Of a DNA stretch of 40,005 nt, positions 25,894 to 35,395 are shown in pieces. The first letter of the stretch is position 1. Each line of letters begins with the position of its first letter. The position numbers and the translations under genes were made by a program. Source of the DNA: a virus; UHGV virus genome UHGV-0382895; one strand, written 5' to 3'. Below the pieces are notes generated by a model, which searched no databases, was not told the origin of the DNA, and saw only the letters and a list, made by a program, of their open reading frames with translations.

Positions 25894-25967
25894 AATGCTA
25901 ATAGGGCTTACACTGGGGAGCAGACCTACCGGTTGCAGTCTCCTATGTATCCCCAGATGCCTAAATG

Positions 25968-26201
25968 CTAATTATCCTTAAAAATCTCCTCGATTGCGTC
26001 CTTATCCTCCTGGTCCCGTTTAGCCTCCATGTAACATTTATCGCATAATATAGGACCACCGTGTATATCTGTCCTCTCGCAACAATCACCGCTGCCGCAC
26101 ATTTCGCAATAAAACATAATACTCCTTTCGCCGCTAATAGTTAAAACATCGATATAGTGGATGTGCGCCAGACCGGAACCCCTGGCCGTATGGTCCTCCA
26201 T
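25968..26201 (-). CDS. Cys-rich small protein (zinc-ribbon-like); the real start may be the internal Met with RBS GAAAGGAG, giving 49 aa
   Basis: CEMCGSGDCC...CDKC motif. Confidence 0.4.
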   Translation of the reverse strand: MEDHTARGSGLAHIHYIDVLTISGERSIMFYCEMCGSGDCCERTDIHGGPILCDKCYMEAKRDQEDKDAIEEIFKDN

Positions 26202-26476
26202 TATCTCTCCATAGGCACATCCGCTGCTGGTCTTACTGGTTGTGCATACACCATTGCCATGCCAGCTATCTTTATGCAGTCACGGTCCTGCGAATCAGGT
26301 CCCGGTATGCGCTGCCGTGTTATAATCTACGATTTTAGTGCCCCAAATACAGCACTGTCACTGCCCAAAAACCTACTGCACAGCCCGCTCCAAGCCACAC
26401 TCCCATAAATATGTAGGTGGTCATGTCCTCAATATATTTCTTAATTCTTTCCTTCATCTCATTCTCCTTTAATTAT

Positions 26477-26665
26477 TTATGATATTATCTTCAATCGTTC
26501 CTCTGGCACATCCACGTACTCACCACTGTCCAGCAGCACACCGACAATACCGTCATGGCTCCCAATGACCGTCCCACGGATATTGTGCCTCCAGGCGCCG
26601 TTAGTCCACATCTGTACCCGGATGACCTGATGTTCATCCAATAACCTTACCTTCACGGTTTTCAT
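26477..26665 (-). CDS. Hypothetical protein, 62 aa
   Basis: ORF whose start overlaps the stop of the upstream gene. Confidence 0.35.
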   Translation of the reverse strand: MKTVKVRLLDEHQVIRVQMWTNGAWRHNIRGTVIGSHDGIVGVLLDSGEYVDVPEERLKIIS

Positions 26666-28767
26666 CCTTTCTTCATCTTCTGGATTTCCTTCAGCTTCTC
26701 AATCAGCGCTGACCGGTTCGTTTCGCAGTCCCGGAAGAACTTCCCATCCCGCAGCAGGTAGTACTCATGCCGTCCGTAACCATCATGATATTGGGCCTCA
26801 TAGCTTCCTGACGCGTATCCATCGAATATCCTTGCGTGATATACCTTCACCACCATGCTGGTGCTGTCCTCCAGGTCATACCGATAGTACCGCTCCCCGG
26901 TCTGTTTCGTCTCAATCCATAACGGCCACGTCTCATATGCATCCACGAAGGCAGCCCGTTGGTCATTGTTCTTAAGCTCCGGCAGTTCCGGCTGCCCTGG
27001 CTTCGACGATGGATTCACGATGTCCTCCTTCATTTCCGGGATTTCCGTGAATTCACCGTCAATCACGGTATCCTCGGTTTCTGACATATCAGGGACGCCG
27101 TTTCCATGTTCTGATGCCTCATCCTCAGCACTTCCTAAGAGGCTAAGTAACTCCTTTACATACTTGCCCCAGGTCAGGCTCAGGAAGGTCTCGCACATAT
27201 TATCCTGGAAATGAATCCGTTCCGGGCCGCATCGATAAAAGCCGTACCCCGTTGCCCCGCTATCATGAGGTTCTCCCTGATTGCTTATCAGCTCCTGTCT
27301 CAACACTTTCGCATCCCCGTCCTTGACGGCCTGCGCACACTGCCTGGACATGTGGTTCTGATAGAAATCCAGGATGCATTCCTCCTGGGAAGGGATTCCT
27401 GGTCCTTCCTGCTGCACTTCCGCAGCATCTTCCACTTCCCGTTGCACTTCTGCAGCGCCCAGGGTATACTGTCTCCGCTTCCAGGATGCCCAGCACTTCT
27501 CACACTCCTTGCGCCCAGCTTCCTGTTCCTCCGGTTTGGTCCCCCACTCCTGGCGTTGACAGTCCTGGATACCGGGCGGACAATCCGATACGGCATTCAG
27601 TTCATCCTTCCCATGTTCCTGTGGTACCGGCCTACGGGACGAGCTGTAGCACTCCAGATTGCAGTCCCCATGCTTTACGCATTCCCAGCAGCACGCCTGG
27701 CTGCAGTTCTCCCCGGTACCCGGGGTAAGTTTATGGGTCTCCTCCAGGGTGCAGTCATATCCTGGCTGGTGGATGCACTTCCCGGACTTTTCCGGATGGG
27801 TCTGTTCCGGCCCTGGTGATTCTGGTCCCGTCCGGGATTCCCCACTGGGTTCCGGCTGTCCCTTATTCCTGTTCCAATACTGATATTCTTCCTCCAGGCG
27901 GGCATTTTCCACGTCAAACACTGTCCGGCCCGTATCCGTATAGAAAACTGTAATGTCCTGCCTTTTAAGGACTTTGTACGTCAGGCCAAGGGCCGCCACC
28001 TCACACTCCTTTTCAGGCCTTGCATACCCGCTATCCAGGTATTTCCTGACAACCGCGGCAATCGTGGCACCATAGGCACCATCAATTGTCCTGTCACCGG
28101 CAGTGAAATGTATTACCTCTGGTCCTGAGTCCTGTTGCGATATCGCAATGGTTTCCTTCCCAGAATCCGGTTCATCCTGTGGTAGAAGGTCCTCCGCGGA
28201 TATGGTATAGGCCTGTTTTTCAGGACTGCCGGCCACCATCTCTTTCCTGGCTTGGGCAGCAGCTGCTGCATCTTCCGGTTCCACGCCGGGTAAGTCCGTC
28301 AGTTCAATCTGGCCAGGAATGGCAATGTAGGGTATTTCCTTAGGCCTCTTCATCTCCCGTATCTGTACCACTGTCATGTCCGGGGTGACTTTCTCCAGCT
28401 GCTCCGCGTCCAGGCTTAACATCTCCTGGAGTTGGGATTTATTGAAATCCTTATATTTATCATCCAGGATTGGGCTGTTCCCATTGACCGAAAACTTATC
28501 ATTCCGCGTCATGTACCTGGATGTGGTCGAAGCACTGAAACCGAACCGGTCTTTCGCATATTCGCATATATCCTTGTACCCAGCCTCCTTAAACAGTTCA
28601 TTCCTGTGTACGCATTTTAGATAATAGCCAATCGCTATCACGCTCCTGGCTGCTGACTTAAGGTTGGCCTGTATGTAGATTTCAGCGTCCTCCAGGCTGA
28701 CCCCCTCATACCATTTCTGTGCCGCTGGGGCTGTCTCCTCCACGGCGCCGGTTACCAGTTCTTCCAT
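26662..28767 (-). CDS. Large early protein, about 701 aa: N-terminal DUF3102-like domain, central Cys-rich region, acidic stretch and a Tyr/His-rich C-terminus
   Basis: IGYYLKCVHRNELFKEAGYKDICEYAKDRFGFSASTTSRYM resembles the DUF3102 consensus. Start placed at Met24, which has a GAGGGGAGG RBS. No Walker motifs. Confidence 0.55.
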   Translation of the reverse strand: MEELVTGAVEETAPAAQKWYEGVSLEDAEIYIQANLKSAARSVIAIGYYLKCVHRNELFKEAGYKDICEYAKDRFGFSASTTSRYMTRNDKFSVNGNSPILDDKYKDFNKSQLQEMLSLDAEQLEKVTPDMTVVQIREMKRPKEIPYIAIPGQIELTDLPGVEPEDAAAAAQARKEMVAGSPEKQAYTISAEDLLPQDEPDSGKETIAISQQDSGPEVIHFTAGDRTIDGAYGATIAAVVRKYLDSGYARPEKECEVAALGLTYKVLKRQDITVFYTDTGRTVFDVENARLEEEYQYWNRNKGQPEPSGESRTGPESPGPEQTHPEKSGKCIHQPGYDCTLEETHKLTPGTGENCSQACCWECVKHGDCNLECYSSSRRPVPQEHGKDELNAVSDCPPGIQDCQRQEWGTKPEEQEAGRKECEKCWASWKRRQYTLGAAEVQREVEDAAEVQQEGPGIPSQEECILDFYQNHMSRQCAQAVKDGDAKVLRQELISNQGEPHDSGATGYGFYRCGPERIHFQDNMCETFLSLTWGKYVKELLSLLGSAEDEASEHGNGVPDMSETEDTVIDGEFTEIPEMKEDIVNPSSKPGQPELPELKNNDQRAAFVDAYETWPLWIETKQTGERYYRYDLEDSTSMVVKVYHARIFDGYASGSYEAQYHDGYGRHEYYLLRDGKFFRDCETNRSALIEKLKEIQKMKKG
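28134..28149. repeat. Palindrome copy 3, GTTGCGATATCGCAAT (inside the DUF3102 gene; encodes IAISQ)
   Basis: 15 of 16 match. Confidence 0.7.
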
Positions 28768-29002
28768 GTCCTTTCCTCCCCTCAGTTTTTGTGTATCTAT
28801 ATCCAGGTACCGTGATGGTCCTGGGACATTCGTCAATGTAATTAATCAGACCATCTGCCCGCATATCCCGTAAGTGGTTGAATATCGTAGATGTCGATGT
28901 ATATCCTACCCCTTCCGATATCTCCCTGGTTGTAGGCGGGTATCCATGGTCCAGCATATAACCGGTTATGTAGTCAAGTATCTTCTGGTGTGTTTCCTTC
29001 AT
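28706..29002 (-). CDS. LexA-like winged-helix DNA-binding domain protein lacking the S24 peptidase domain
   Basis: HQKILDYITGYMLDHGYPPTTREISEGVGYTSTSTIFNHLRDMRADGLI against the B. subtilis LexA N-terminus [51 protein letters not shown]. Only 98 aa, Arg/Gly-rich tail. Confidence 0.6.
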   Translation of the reverse strand: MKETHQKILDYITGYMLDHGYPPTTREISEGVGYTSTSTIFNHLRDMRADGLINYIDECPRTITVPGYRYTKTEGRKGHGRTGNRRRGGDSPSGTEMV

Positions 29003-29981
29003 TCCCTGCTCCTTCCCCGGCCCACTCCCTCACCTGCTTTAGCATAAGGGCATCATAGTCCGTATCCCTCTGGTCAAAATTGTGGAACTGGTTCTTTGGA
29101 TTTACAGCGCTATCCTTGACTGGCCGTTTCTTTTTCAACGGATATACCCCAGTCCAATTGTTCATGATGCTCTGGTCTAGGATTGCAATACGTTCCTTGG
29201 CATCACACCCTATACGTCCCAGTTCCTTCTTTATCAGCTCTGCCCCGTTAGCTGTCAACGGTTTATTGATATCCTTCCGGAACCCCACGAACCGGGTAAA
29301 GGCCGCATCCAGGCTTTCCTCCGCGGGAATATCCGGCTCTCTTTTATATAAGATTTCTTTTCTTTTACTTTCCTTTTCTTTTACCTGCATTTCCTCCGAA
29401 GATTTGCTTATTTCCTCCGCGGAAATGCCGTTTTCCTCGGAATCAATTGGAAAAATGGGTGTATTTAATAAAGGTTCCCCGTTTTCATCAAGCAACCAGT
29501 ATTGCGTACTATAGAGCCGTCTCTTCATCAGCTTCACAGCTATCATGTGGTAGCGTTTTTGAATCCCAACAGAGGTGATAATATTCTGCAGCATGAGGTC
29601 TTTATCAAAAAGTCCTAAATCAGCACAGTAATCTATCACTTGCACAACGGCCTTTTGGCTTTTAATCCACTTGTTTCCAATCTTTCGGATGACCATCTTT
29701 GATAGCTTGTCTTTGGATAGATTCGCATAATAGCCATTTGAGTAGACAATTGTCAGAATGCAGTCATATACGGTGACTCCCAGTGGGCCATATTCGTCCA
29801 GCAAATCAAATATCTTATCATCCTCATAGAAATTGACAACCTTCGGGAAGTAGTCCAGGTCCTTCCTGCAGTCCCTGCCCAGGAAAACCACCACCTTCCA
29901 CTTAAAAAGGACGGGGCGGCGGTCAGAAAGTCCATTGATGGCCGCCCCTTGTGACACCTCCGGCATCCAATACCGTGACAT
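28974..29981 (-). CDS. Replisome organizer / replication initiation protein (phage_rep_org N-terminus plus DnaD-like C-terminus)
   Basis: N-terminal FKWKVVVFLGRDCRKDLDYFPKVVNF...YGPLGVTVYDC. C-terminal DnaD-like FTRFVGFRKDINKPLTANGAELIKKELGRIG. Confidence 0.7.
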   Translation of the reverse strand: MSRYWMPEVSQGAAINGLSDRRPVLFKWKVVVFLGRDCRKDLDYFPKVVNFYEDDKIFDLLDEYGPLGVTVYDCILTIVYSNGYYANLSKDKLSKMVIRKIGNKWIKSQKAVVQVIDYCADLGLFDKDLMLQNIITSVGIQKRYHMIAVKLMKRRLYSTQYWLLDENGEPLLNTPIFPIDSEENGISAEEISKSSEEMQVKEKESKRKEILYKREPDIPAEESLDAAFTRFVGFRKDINKPLTANGAELIKKELGRIGCDAKERIAILDQSIMNNWTGVYPLKKKRPVKDSAVNPKNQFHNFDQRDTDYDALMLKQVREWAGEGAGNEGNTPEDT

Positions 29982-30013
29982 ATCAGCCTGTCCAGAGGAG
30001 GTAAAGCACCTTA

Positions 30014-30769
30014 TTATCCTATGATTGTGATACGTCCGCTGATTTCCTCAGGCATTCCCATGATGGCATCCGCAAAGTATCTCTTGATGTTGGATACCGC
30101 CTCATTCTTCCAGATTCCACCTTCAGCCTCAATCAATTTAAAAATCGGGATATCATTATTTTCTCCGATACGGAACACAAATTTGCTGGCAGGCTGTCCG
30201 ACCTCCTGGAATGTCCTGTAAGGGATCAGTTCCACAGGATTAGGGACAATCGCCGCCGCCTTTGTTGCTACCCCAACTGTCATGGTTGCCACCTGTGTCC
30301 GGCCATCATCTGAGTAGGTCTGGTCATTCTTCTTCTCAATATTTCCTGACAGTTTCATCACTGCATCCAGGTCTGGACTGAATTGGAAGTTCGCCTGCAG
30401 GGCAATCATGAAGCTCTCCTGGTCATACCATTTGTCATACCGGTATTCGGATGTTTCCGCCACAGTCTCAAACAGGCATTCCCTCCTGCGCTCCTTATCC
30501 AGTTCTGATATAAGTTCGACCTTGGTTGGGCTTACGATATGTATAATCATATCCATACCTTCCGGGAACTCCCTGCTGCAGCTTCCAATATAGTCCACAA
30601 GGGATGACAAGGTGGTAGCTGTGACGGCATCCGCCTTTTCTGTCATGTCATACCGTTTCAGGCTCTTGTTGGCGTAGGTCTTACCACATATCTCAATCAC
30701 CTCTGTCTTTTCGTTCTCACGTGCCAGTTCCTCCACATGTTCCAATGCTGCTTTTAATCCTTCCATCAT
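30014..30769 (-). CDS. Hypothetical early protein, 251 aa
   Basis: ORF in the replication/recombination module. Confidence 0.5.
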   Translation of the reverse strand: MMEGLKAALEHVEELARENEKTEVIEICGKTYANKSLKRYDMTEKADAVTATTLSSLVDYIGSCSREFPEGMDMIIHIVSPTKVELISELDKERRRECLFETVAETSEYRYDKWYDQESFMIALQANFQFSPDLDAVMKLSGNIEKKNDQTYSDDGRTQVATMTVGVATKAAAIVPNPVELIPYRTFQEVGQPASKFVFRIGENNDIPIFKLIEAEGGIWKNEAVSNIKRYFADAIMGMPEEISGRITIIG

Positions 30770-30790
30770 CTTTCTTATCTCCTTTTCATT

Positions 30791-31225
30791 TTATTGGTTA
30801 GCCGCAGCCCTTAAATCAATAGGGGCTTTGCGGGGTTCCTCATAGATTTCCCCTGTCGCCGGGTCATATGTCTGTGTTGCTGGCTGCCGTACTTCTGTAT
30901 AAGCCGCGGCTGGTGACGCTGCAACAGATGTTACCTGGGGGCGGTCACTTCCATACTCTGACATCTCTATACGCCCTGTGTTGATATCCTGTCCCACCAG
31001 GAATACCGTTTCTGATTTTTGGAATCCGGCCAGCTTGGTCTTGACCTCAAACTTGATATCAATCACCCCATTAGACTTGGGCTTGAAATTAATGTTAATG
31101 GTCATTCCCCTGGCCGCCTCCGGGTCCATGTTGGGGTCAAGGATATTCCGGCCTATCTGGGCTAGGGCCATAGTGAACTTTTCAGCCAACTCACCATTCC
31201 CGATACTATCAAATGTGATTGCCAC
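30791..31225 (-). CDS. Hypothetical early protein, 144 aa
   Basis: ORF immediately downstream of recT. Confidence 0.5.
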   Translation of the reverse strand: MAITFDSIGNGELAEKFTMALAQIGRNILDPNMDPEAARGMTININFKPKSNGVIDIKFEVKTKLAGFQKSETVFLVGQDINTGRIEMSEYGSDRPQVTSVAASPAAAYTEVRQPATQTYDPATGEIYEEPRKAPIDLRAAANQ

Positions 31226-31254
31226 TTACTCACCTCCTCCCACACGAAGAATAT

Positions 31255-32187
31255 CTATGAAAAGAAATCATCAGCCACATTCGCTTCCGTCTGTGTCGGC
31301 GGTGTTTCCTGTGATGGTGTTTCCTGTTCCTGAAACTCTGGGGCCGGACTCTCTGCAGGCTGGTCTGCTGCAATGATATCTGCATCTGTTTCCACATACT
31401 CCTTGGTTCCGTCCGCATGGATAACGGCCATGTCCGAATCAATGGCCTGTACCAGGTCGATGCTCATTGTCCCCCATTTGGAAATCAGCTGGCGAAGCAT
31501 CGTCTTATGTGCCATTGCATCAAAATCTTTATACCAGAAGCTTGAATATTTCCACTTATCAGCCTCCGGTATTTCCCCTCGTTCTAACCGCTCCAGGTCT
31601 GCTGAGTTGAAAGCCGCCGAAAACCGGTCCGCATGTGCCATCATCTTTTTTTTTGACCAATACATGCTATGCCTGTATCCATTGACCTCCTCAAACATGG
31701 CATAATATCCAATGGTCGGCGTCTCTTCCCTAATCGAATCATCCTCAATCAACCTGACTTCCAGTTCCTCCTCCAAAGGGTTGTAGGAAATCAGTTCCCC
31801 TTCCTTGATTGACATTACATTCATCTTTTTGTAGACGCCGCTCCGCTTTGCAAGCTGTATGTAACCTTTGTATCCAAGCTGGAACTGGGCCTCCTTGCAT
31901 CCCTTCTTTTTGTTATTGAATGGCACAAGGTAATACTGCCCCAGCTGGGGGGATGGCGAAAGCTTCAACGCCTCCCCCTGGAGGGCTGCTGTCAGGATGG
32001 AACCGTTCGTGCACTCAGCAAGTGCCGGCGTGGCCTGCACCGCCGAGATGATTGAGGATATGAAACGGGTCCCCGCCTGTCCGCCCAATACCTTGTTGAT
32101 TTCATTCTTTGCGGCATCCTGTGTCAGATAGACCCCAAATTCCAGTTTCTGCTGCGGCCTGTTTGCCAGGCTGTTTCCTACTGCCAT
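31255..32187 (-). CDS. recT: RecT-family single-strand annealing recombinase
   Basis: 310 aa. ...FQLGYKGYIQLAKRSG... is typical of RecT. Acidic C-terminal tail. Confidence 0.8.
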   Translation of the reverse strand: MAVGNSLANRPQQKLEFGVYLTQDAAKNEINKVLGGQAGTRFISSIISAVQATPALAECTNGSILTAALQGEALKLSPSPQLGQYYLVPFNNKKKGCKEAQFQLGYKGYIQLAKRSGVYKKMNVMSIKEGELISYNPLEEELEVRLIEDDSIREETPTIGYYAMFEEVNGYRHSMYWSKKKMMAHADRFSAAFNSADLERLERGEIPEADKWKYSSFWYKDFDAMAHKTMLRQLISKWGTMSIDLVQAIDSDMAVIHADGTKEYVETDADIIAADQPAESPAPEFQEQETPSQETPPTQTEANVADDFFS

Positions 32188-32202
32188 GGTATTTTCCTCC
32201 TC

Positions 32203-33087
32203 TTATCGTTTCGGTACCGGCTCAAACCGGATGCCATTATTGTTTAAAAAGTCCTTAAGGGCCACTGCCTGTGACCGGGTCACGTACACTCGGAAATCAA
32301 TCACATTGACCGGGTCCTCCACTGTTTCCGTTTTGGGCTGTGGCGCCGGGGCTGGCGCCGTCTGCACCGGATTTCCTGCATTTATGACTTTCTGGGCCTC
32401 TGCCTTTATCCGGGCATCCCTCTCTGCTTTTATCCGGGCCTGCTCCGCAACATATTCCTGACGCTTCTGCTCCGCGGCTTCCAGGCGGTTCCGCTCCGCC
32501 ATTGCGGCGCCGATATCGTATGTCCGGAGGAATACCTCCTTCATCTCCCCTGCATGGGGGCTGTCCACCTCATTCAGGATGGCCAGTCCCTCGTCCACTC
32601 TCTGGATAAGGGAAAGGATCTCCTCCTTGATGGATTTCATCGTTGTGGATGCCAGGGCATATTCCGGCTTCATCACACGCTCAAAGGGCAGGTACGTAAT
32701 GATATCCTCATGGATATTGGTATCGTAGAAGTCCCTGACCTTTGCGGTCTTTTCCTCACGTTGACGGCGCTCATAATCCTTGACCTGGGAATCAATATTT
32801 TCAATCGCTTTCTGAACGATGCTTATGACATCCTGCACTTCCTGCCCGAACGGCCCGTCAGGCTCCAGAAGCTTCTTGCGGATTTCAGTCCGCTTACCTT
32901 TAAGGGCATCCACAAACTTGTTAAGCTTCGCCCGGTCAGCCTTAGCCTGCTTGATGGTTTCATCCGTGTAGACAGACACAGCGTATTCATCCGCGGCGGC
33001 CGCAACCTCTGTCTTCAGTTCCTCATAGTTCCATTCGATTTTTTGGACAAACCCATCTTCCTGTGGGTTGTATATCCTCAGCTCCAT
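32203..33087 (-). CDS. DUF1351-like phage protein (commonly partnered with RecT)
   Basis: 294 aa, coiled-coil rich, sits between recT and the YqaJ nuclease. Confidence 0.5.
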   Translation of the reverse strand: MELRIYNPQEDGFVQKIEWNYEELKTEVAAAADEYAVSVYTDETIKQAKADRAKLNKFVDALKGKRTEIRKKLLEPDGPFGQEVQDVISIVQKAIENIDSQVKDYERRQREEKTAKVRDFYDTNIHEDIITYLPFERVMKPEYALASTTMKSIKEEILSLIQRVDEGLAILNEVDSPHAGEMKEVFLRTYDIGAAMAERNRLEAAEQKRQEYVAEQARIKAERDARIKAEAQKVINAGNPVQTAPAPAPQPKTETVEDPVNVIDFRVYVTRSQAVALKDFLNNNGIRFEPVPKR

Positions 33088-33096
33088 ATAATCCTC

Positions 33097-33372
33097 CTAT
33101 TCCTCAAAGACAACGCCCAAGTCAGACAGGATTTCAAAAACTTTATCTTCGAGGGTCTGTTTGTTCTGCATTAACGCTGGTTCCATATCCTCTTCCTTAA
33201 ATTCAACAATAAATCCCTTTTTCTTAAGACAATCCGGGCAAATATCAACCATGATTCCGTTATATCCTACCCCCTTCATCCTGATTCCTTCTGACTTGAT
33301 AGTTATTTTAGCCAGGTCATCCCGCCCCTTGCTCTGCTTACAGATATCGCATGTATAAACTTCAGTCCTCAT
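33097..33372 (-). CDS. Small zinc-finger protein (CxxC...CxxC), 91 aa
   Basis: YTCDIC...CPDC. Confidence 0.45.
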   Translation of the reverse strand: MRTEVYTCDICKQSKGRDDLAKITIKSEGIRMKGVGYNGIMVDICPDCLKKKGFIVEFKEEDMEPALMQNKQTLEDKVFEILSDLGVVFEE

Positions 33373-33380
33373 ATCATCGC

Positions 33381-34034
33381 CTATATCGCCGGGAGAATCA
33401 AATCCGGCCTGCGTCCTGCGACCACGCAGTCCCAGAACCGCCTTTCGGCCTCAACCAGGTACTTGATATCCTCCTCAACGTCCTTTCTCTCTATAAAATA
33501 ATGTTTCGTAGTAATCCGCAGTTCCCCGCCCCACTCACTTTTAAGCTGGGCTTTAAGGACTGCAAAATCATATTCTGTCACGGCCAGGTAATGCAGGACC
33601 TGGCAGAAATAGTTATCCGGTATCCGGTCACGCCACTTCTCACGCTGCATACTCTGCAGGATATTGGTGGTTTTAATCTCCAGGATTCCAAGACGGCCAT
33701 CGTTATCCACAAGTTCCCCGTCCAGGGAGGCGTGCATCCACGGATAGGCCGTGTTTACGAACATGTTATCCTCATCGTATATAACCCGATATTGTGGGTA
33801 ATCCATGGCGAACAATTCCCTTAGATGCTTCTCTGCCTCGGTCCCATAGCGGACATAATCACGGTCGGAAATGTCTTCTGGAATCACCAGTCCACGCTTC
33901 TCTTCCCACAGCTGAACATTATCCTTGTAAGGATTCATTCCCACGCAGGCGCTGGCATCAGAACCGCCGATATGACCTTTACGCCCTTCCAGCCACTCAG
34001 CACGGCTCTTAAATATGTATTTGTTTACTGACAT
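33381..34034 (-). CDS. YqaJ-like viral recombinase-domain exonuclease (PD-(D/E)XK, lambda Exo-like)
   Basis: N-terminus MSVNKYIFKSRAEWLEGRKGHIGGSDASA... Start taken at the internal Met; the track ORF extends to 34118 from a GTG. Confidence 0.75.
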   Translation of the reverse strand: MSVNKYIFKSRAEWLEGRKGHIGGSDASACVGMNPYKDNVQLWEEKRGLVIPEDISDRDYVRYGTEAEKHLRELFAMDYPQYRVIYDEDNMFVNTAYPWMHASLDGELVDNDGRLGILEIKTTNILQSMQREKWRDRIPDNYFCQVLHYLAVTEYDFAVLKAQLKSEWGGELRITTKHYFIERKDVEEDIKYLVEAERRFWDCVVAGRRPDLILPAI

Positions 34035-34311
34035 CCTGCCCACCTTCCCTTGCCATAATCCTCCCGCAGTTGGGACACGGTGCAATCTCCCCCAATAGGG
34101 ACCAGGTCCTGAATCCACACTTGCAGGCCAACGTAAAAAACGGGGCTGTAATCCTTACCTGACTGCCTGGATAATGTGTTTTTAATGTACTCACTTGTAA
34201 TCCTCCGAATCCCCATGTATAATAGGGATGTAATCTGTTATTAGTTACCTGGGCCTCTTGCGGTTGCCGCCGCTGGGGTCCGTTTTTTTGTCCTGCGCGC
34301 AGCCATGTCAT
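34009..34311 (-). CDS. Hypothetical zinc-ribbon protein (ACKCG...CPNCG)
   Basis: ATGA overlap with the upstream gene. Confidence 0.4.
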   Translation of the reverse strand: MTWLRAGQKNGPQRRQPQEAQVTNNRLHPYYTWGFGGLQVSTLKTHYPGSQVRITAPFFTLACKCGFRTWSLLGEIAPCPNCGRIMAREGGQDVSKQIHI

Positions 34312-34508
34312 AGCCCTCCATCACCTAAGTCCCTGATATATACGGACTGGGTGTCGTTGTTGTACACCAGCCGGAGTGTGTTCCCCACCTCGTCTTCCAC
34401 CATGGCCTCGTTATCCTCCACGGCCAGCTTCAGGTACCGCATGTCGAAATGTTCCTCAAGCCAGCTGCGGACTGCATACTCCGCGATGCTCTTTGCCTTC
34501 TTCATCAT
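34308..34508 (-). CDS. Small hypothetical protein, about 66 aa from the internal Met
   Basis: RBS GGGAGGTG before the ATG at 34508. Confidence 0.45.
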   Translation of the reverse strand: MMKKAKSIAEYAVRSWLEEHFDMRYLKLAVEDNEAMVEDEVGNTLRLVYNNDTQSVYIRDLGDGGL

Positions 34509-34525
34509 TTTTTCTTCACCTCCCT

Positions 34526-34792
34526 TCATAACCTCACGCCCATTGCCAGTGCCATGACCACAATGGACACCATCCACATCCCCACTCCCCAGATGACCAT
34601 GGGTACCACCCGTTTGGCCAGACGCATCCATGGACCGTCATGCCGGTTCCTGCGCCGCCTGAACGTGACCATCCGCCGTCTGCCCATCATGTTGGTAAGT
34701 ACCGCGGTGGTAGGGCCTACGATGTCCAGGCGCCAGCCGGGGTATCGGATGGTCGCCCTGGCGCGGATGGCTAACTCGGTTGTTTTTCTCAT
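34526..34792 (-). CDS. Small Arg-rich protein with a C-terminal TM segment
   Basis: RBS GGAAGGAGG. TM segment VVPMVIWGVGMWMVSIVVMALAMGV. Confidence 0.5.
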   Translation of the reverse strand: MRKTTELAIRARATIRYPGWRLDIVGPTTAVLTNMMGRRRMVTFRRRRNRHDGPWMRLAKRVVPMVIWGVGMWMVSIVVMALAMGVRL

Positions 34793-34810
34793 TGCGCTTT
34801 TCCTCCTTCC

Positions 34811-35077
34811 TCATTGTTCGGTTAATTTAACGGAACCGTCTTCTGTCGGCAATCGGGACTGTCCGTCATATATGTAGACCGTCATGCCCATATTCCAAAG
34901 TTCCGCCAAGGTAAAATCTTCTGGTCTTTCAAGACGCCGCTTAATTGTCGATATGGATACCCTACATTTGGCAGCCATCTGGTTATCATCCCATCCGTTC
35001 AGTTCCTTCTTACTTGCCACGCTCGCCCTGACTATGCGGCGCTTCTGTTCCATCTCAAACGGCCTTACCTTTGGCAT
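34811..35077 (-). CDS. Small HTH-like DNA-binding protein (possible excisionase or early regulator)
   Basis: RBS AAAGGAGGG. AAKCRVSISTIKRRL resembles an HTH recognition helix. Confidence 0.45.
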   Translation of the reverse strand: MPKVRPFEMEQKRRIVRASVASKKELNGWDDNQMAAKCRVSISTIKRRLERPEDFTLAELWNMGMTVYIYDGQSRLPTEDGSVKLTEQ

Positions 35078-35159
35078 TGGTTTGCCCTCCTTTCCATTTC
35101 CTTGCTATTGACACACGCATGTGATAGTGGTATAGTTTCATTATCGAACGTGTGTTTGT

Positions 35160-35375
35160 TTAGGTGCTATTTTTTTCTCTGTAAAATAACCACATAAAAT
35201 CGTATTCAGGGAAAAATACCTTCCAGATTTTTTTTGCATCATCAAAGTAAACGCCCCTCTCTGTACTCCCCTGAATATTATCGCTTACAGTTTGGTATCT
35301 GCATCCAAGCAAATCTGCGATTTGAGTGAAAGTAACATTTTTCCCTTTCATCGCTGTAAGTAAATTATTATACAT
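35160..35375 (-). CDS. Cro-like HTH (XRE-family) protein, first gene of the leftward lytic transcript
   Basis: 71 aa. VTFTQIADLLGCRYQTVSDNI is an HTH. Divergent from the repressor gene. Confidence 0.7.
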   Translation of the reverse strand: MYNNLLTAMKGKNVTFTQIADLLGCRYQTVSDNIQGSTERGVYFDDAKKIWKVFFPEYDFMWLFYREKNST

Positions 35376-35395
35376 GTCATCACCTCTCTTTCTGC

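Noticed and set aside
34308-34631. Full-length 107-aa reading of ORF 34308..34631
   Set aside because: Its 5' part overlaps gene 34526..34792, which has a strong RBS. An internal ATG at 34508 with GGGAGGTG gives a non-overlapping product of about 66 aa, which is preferred.
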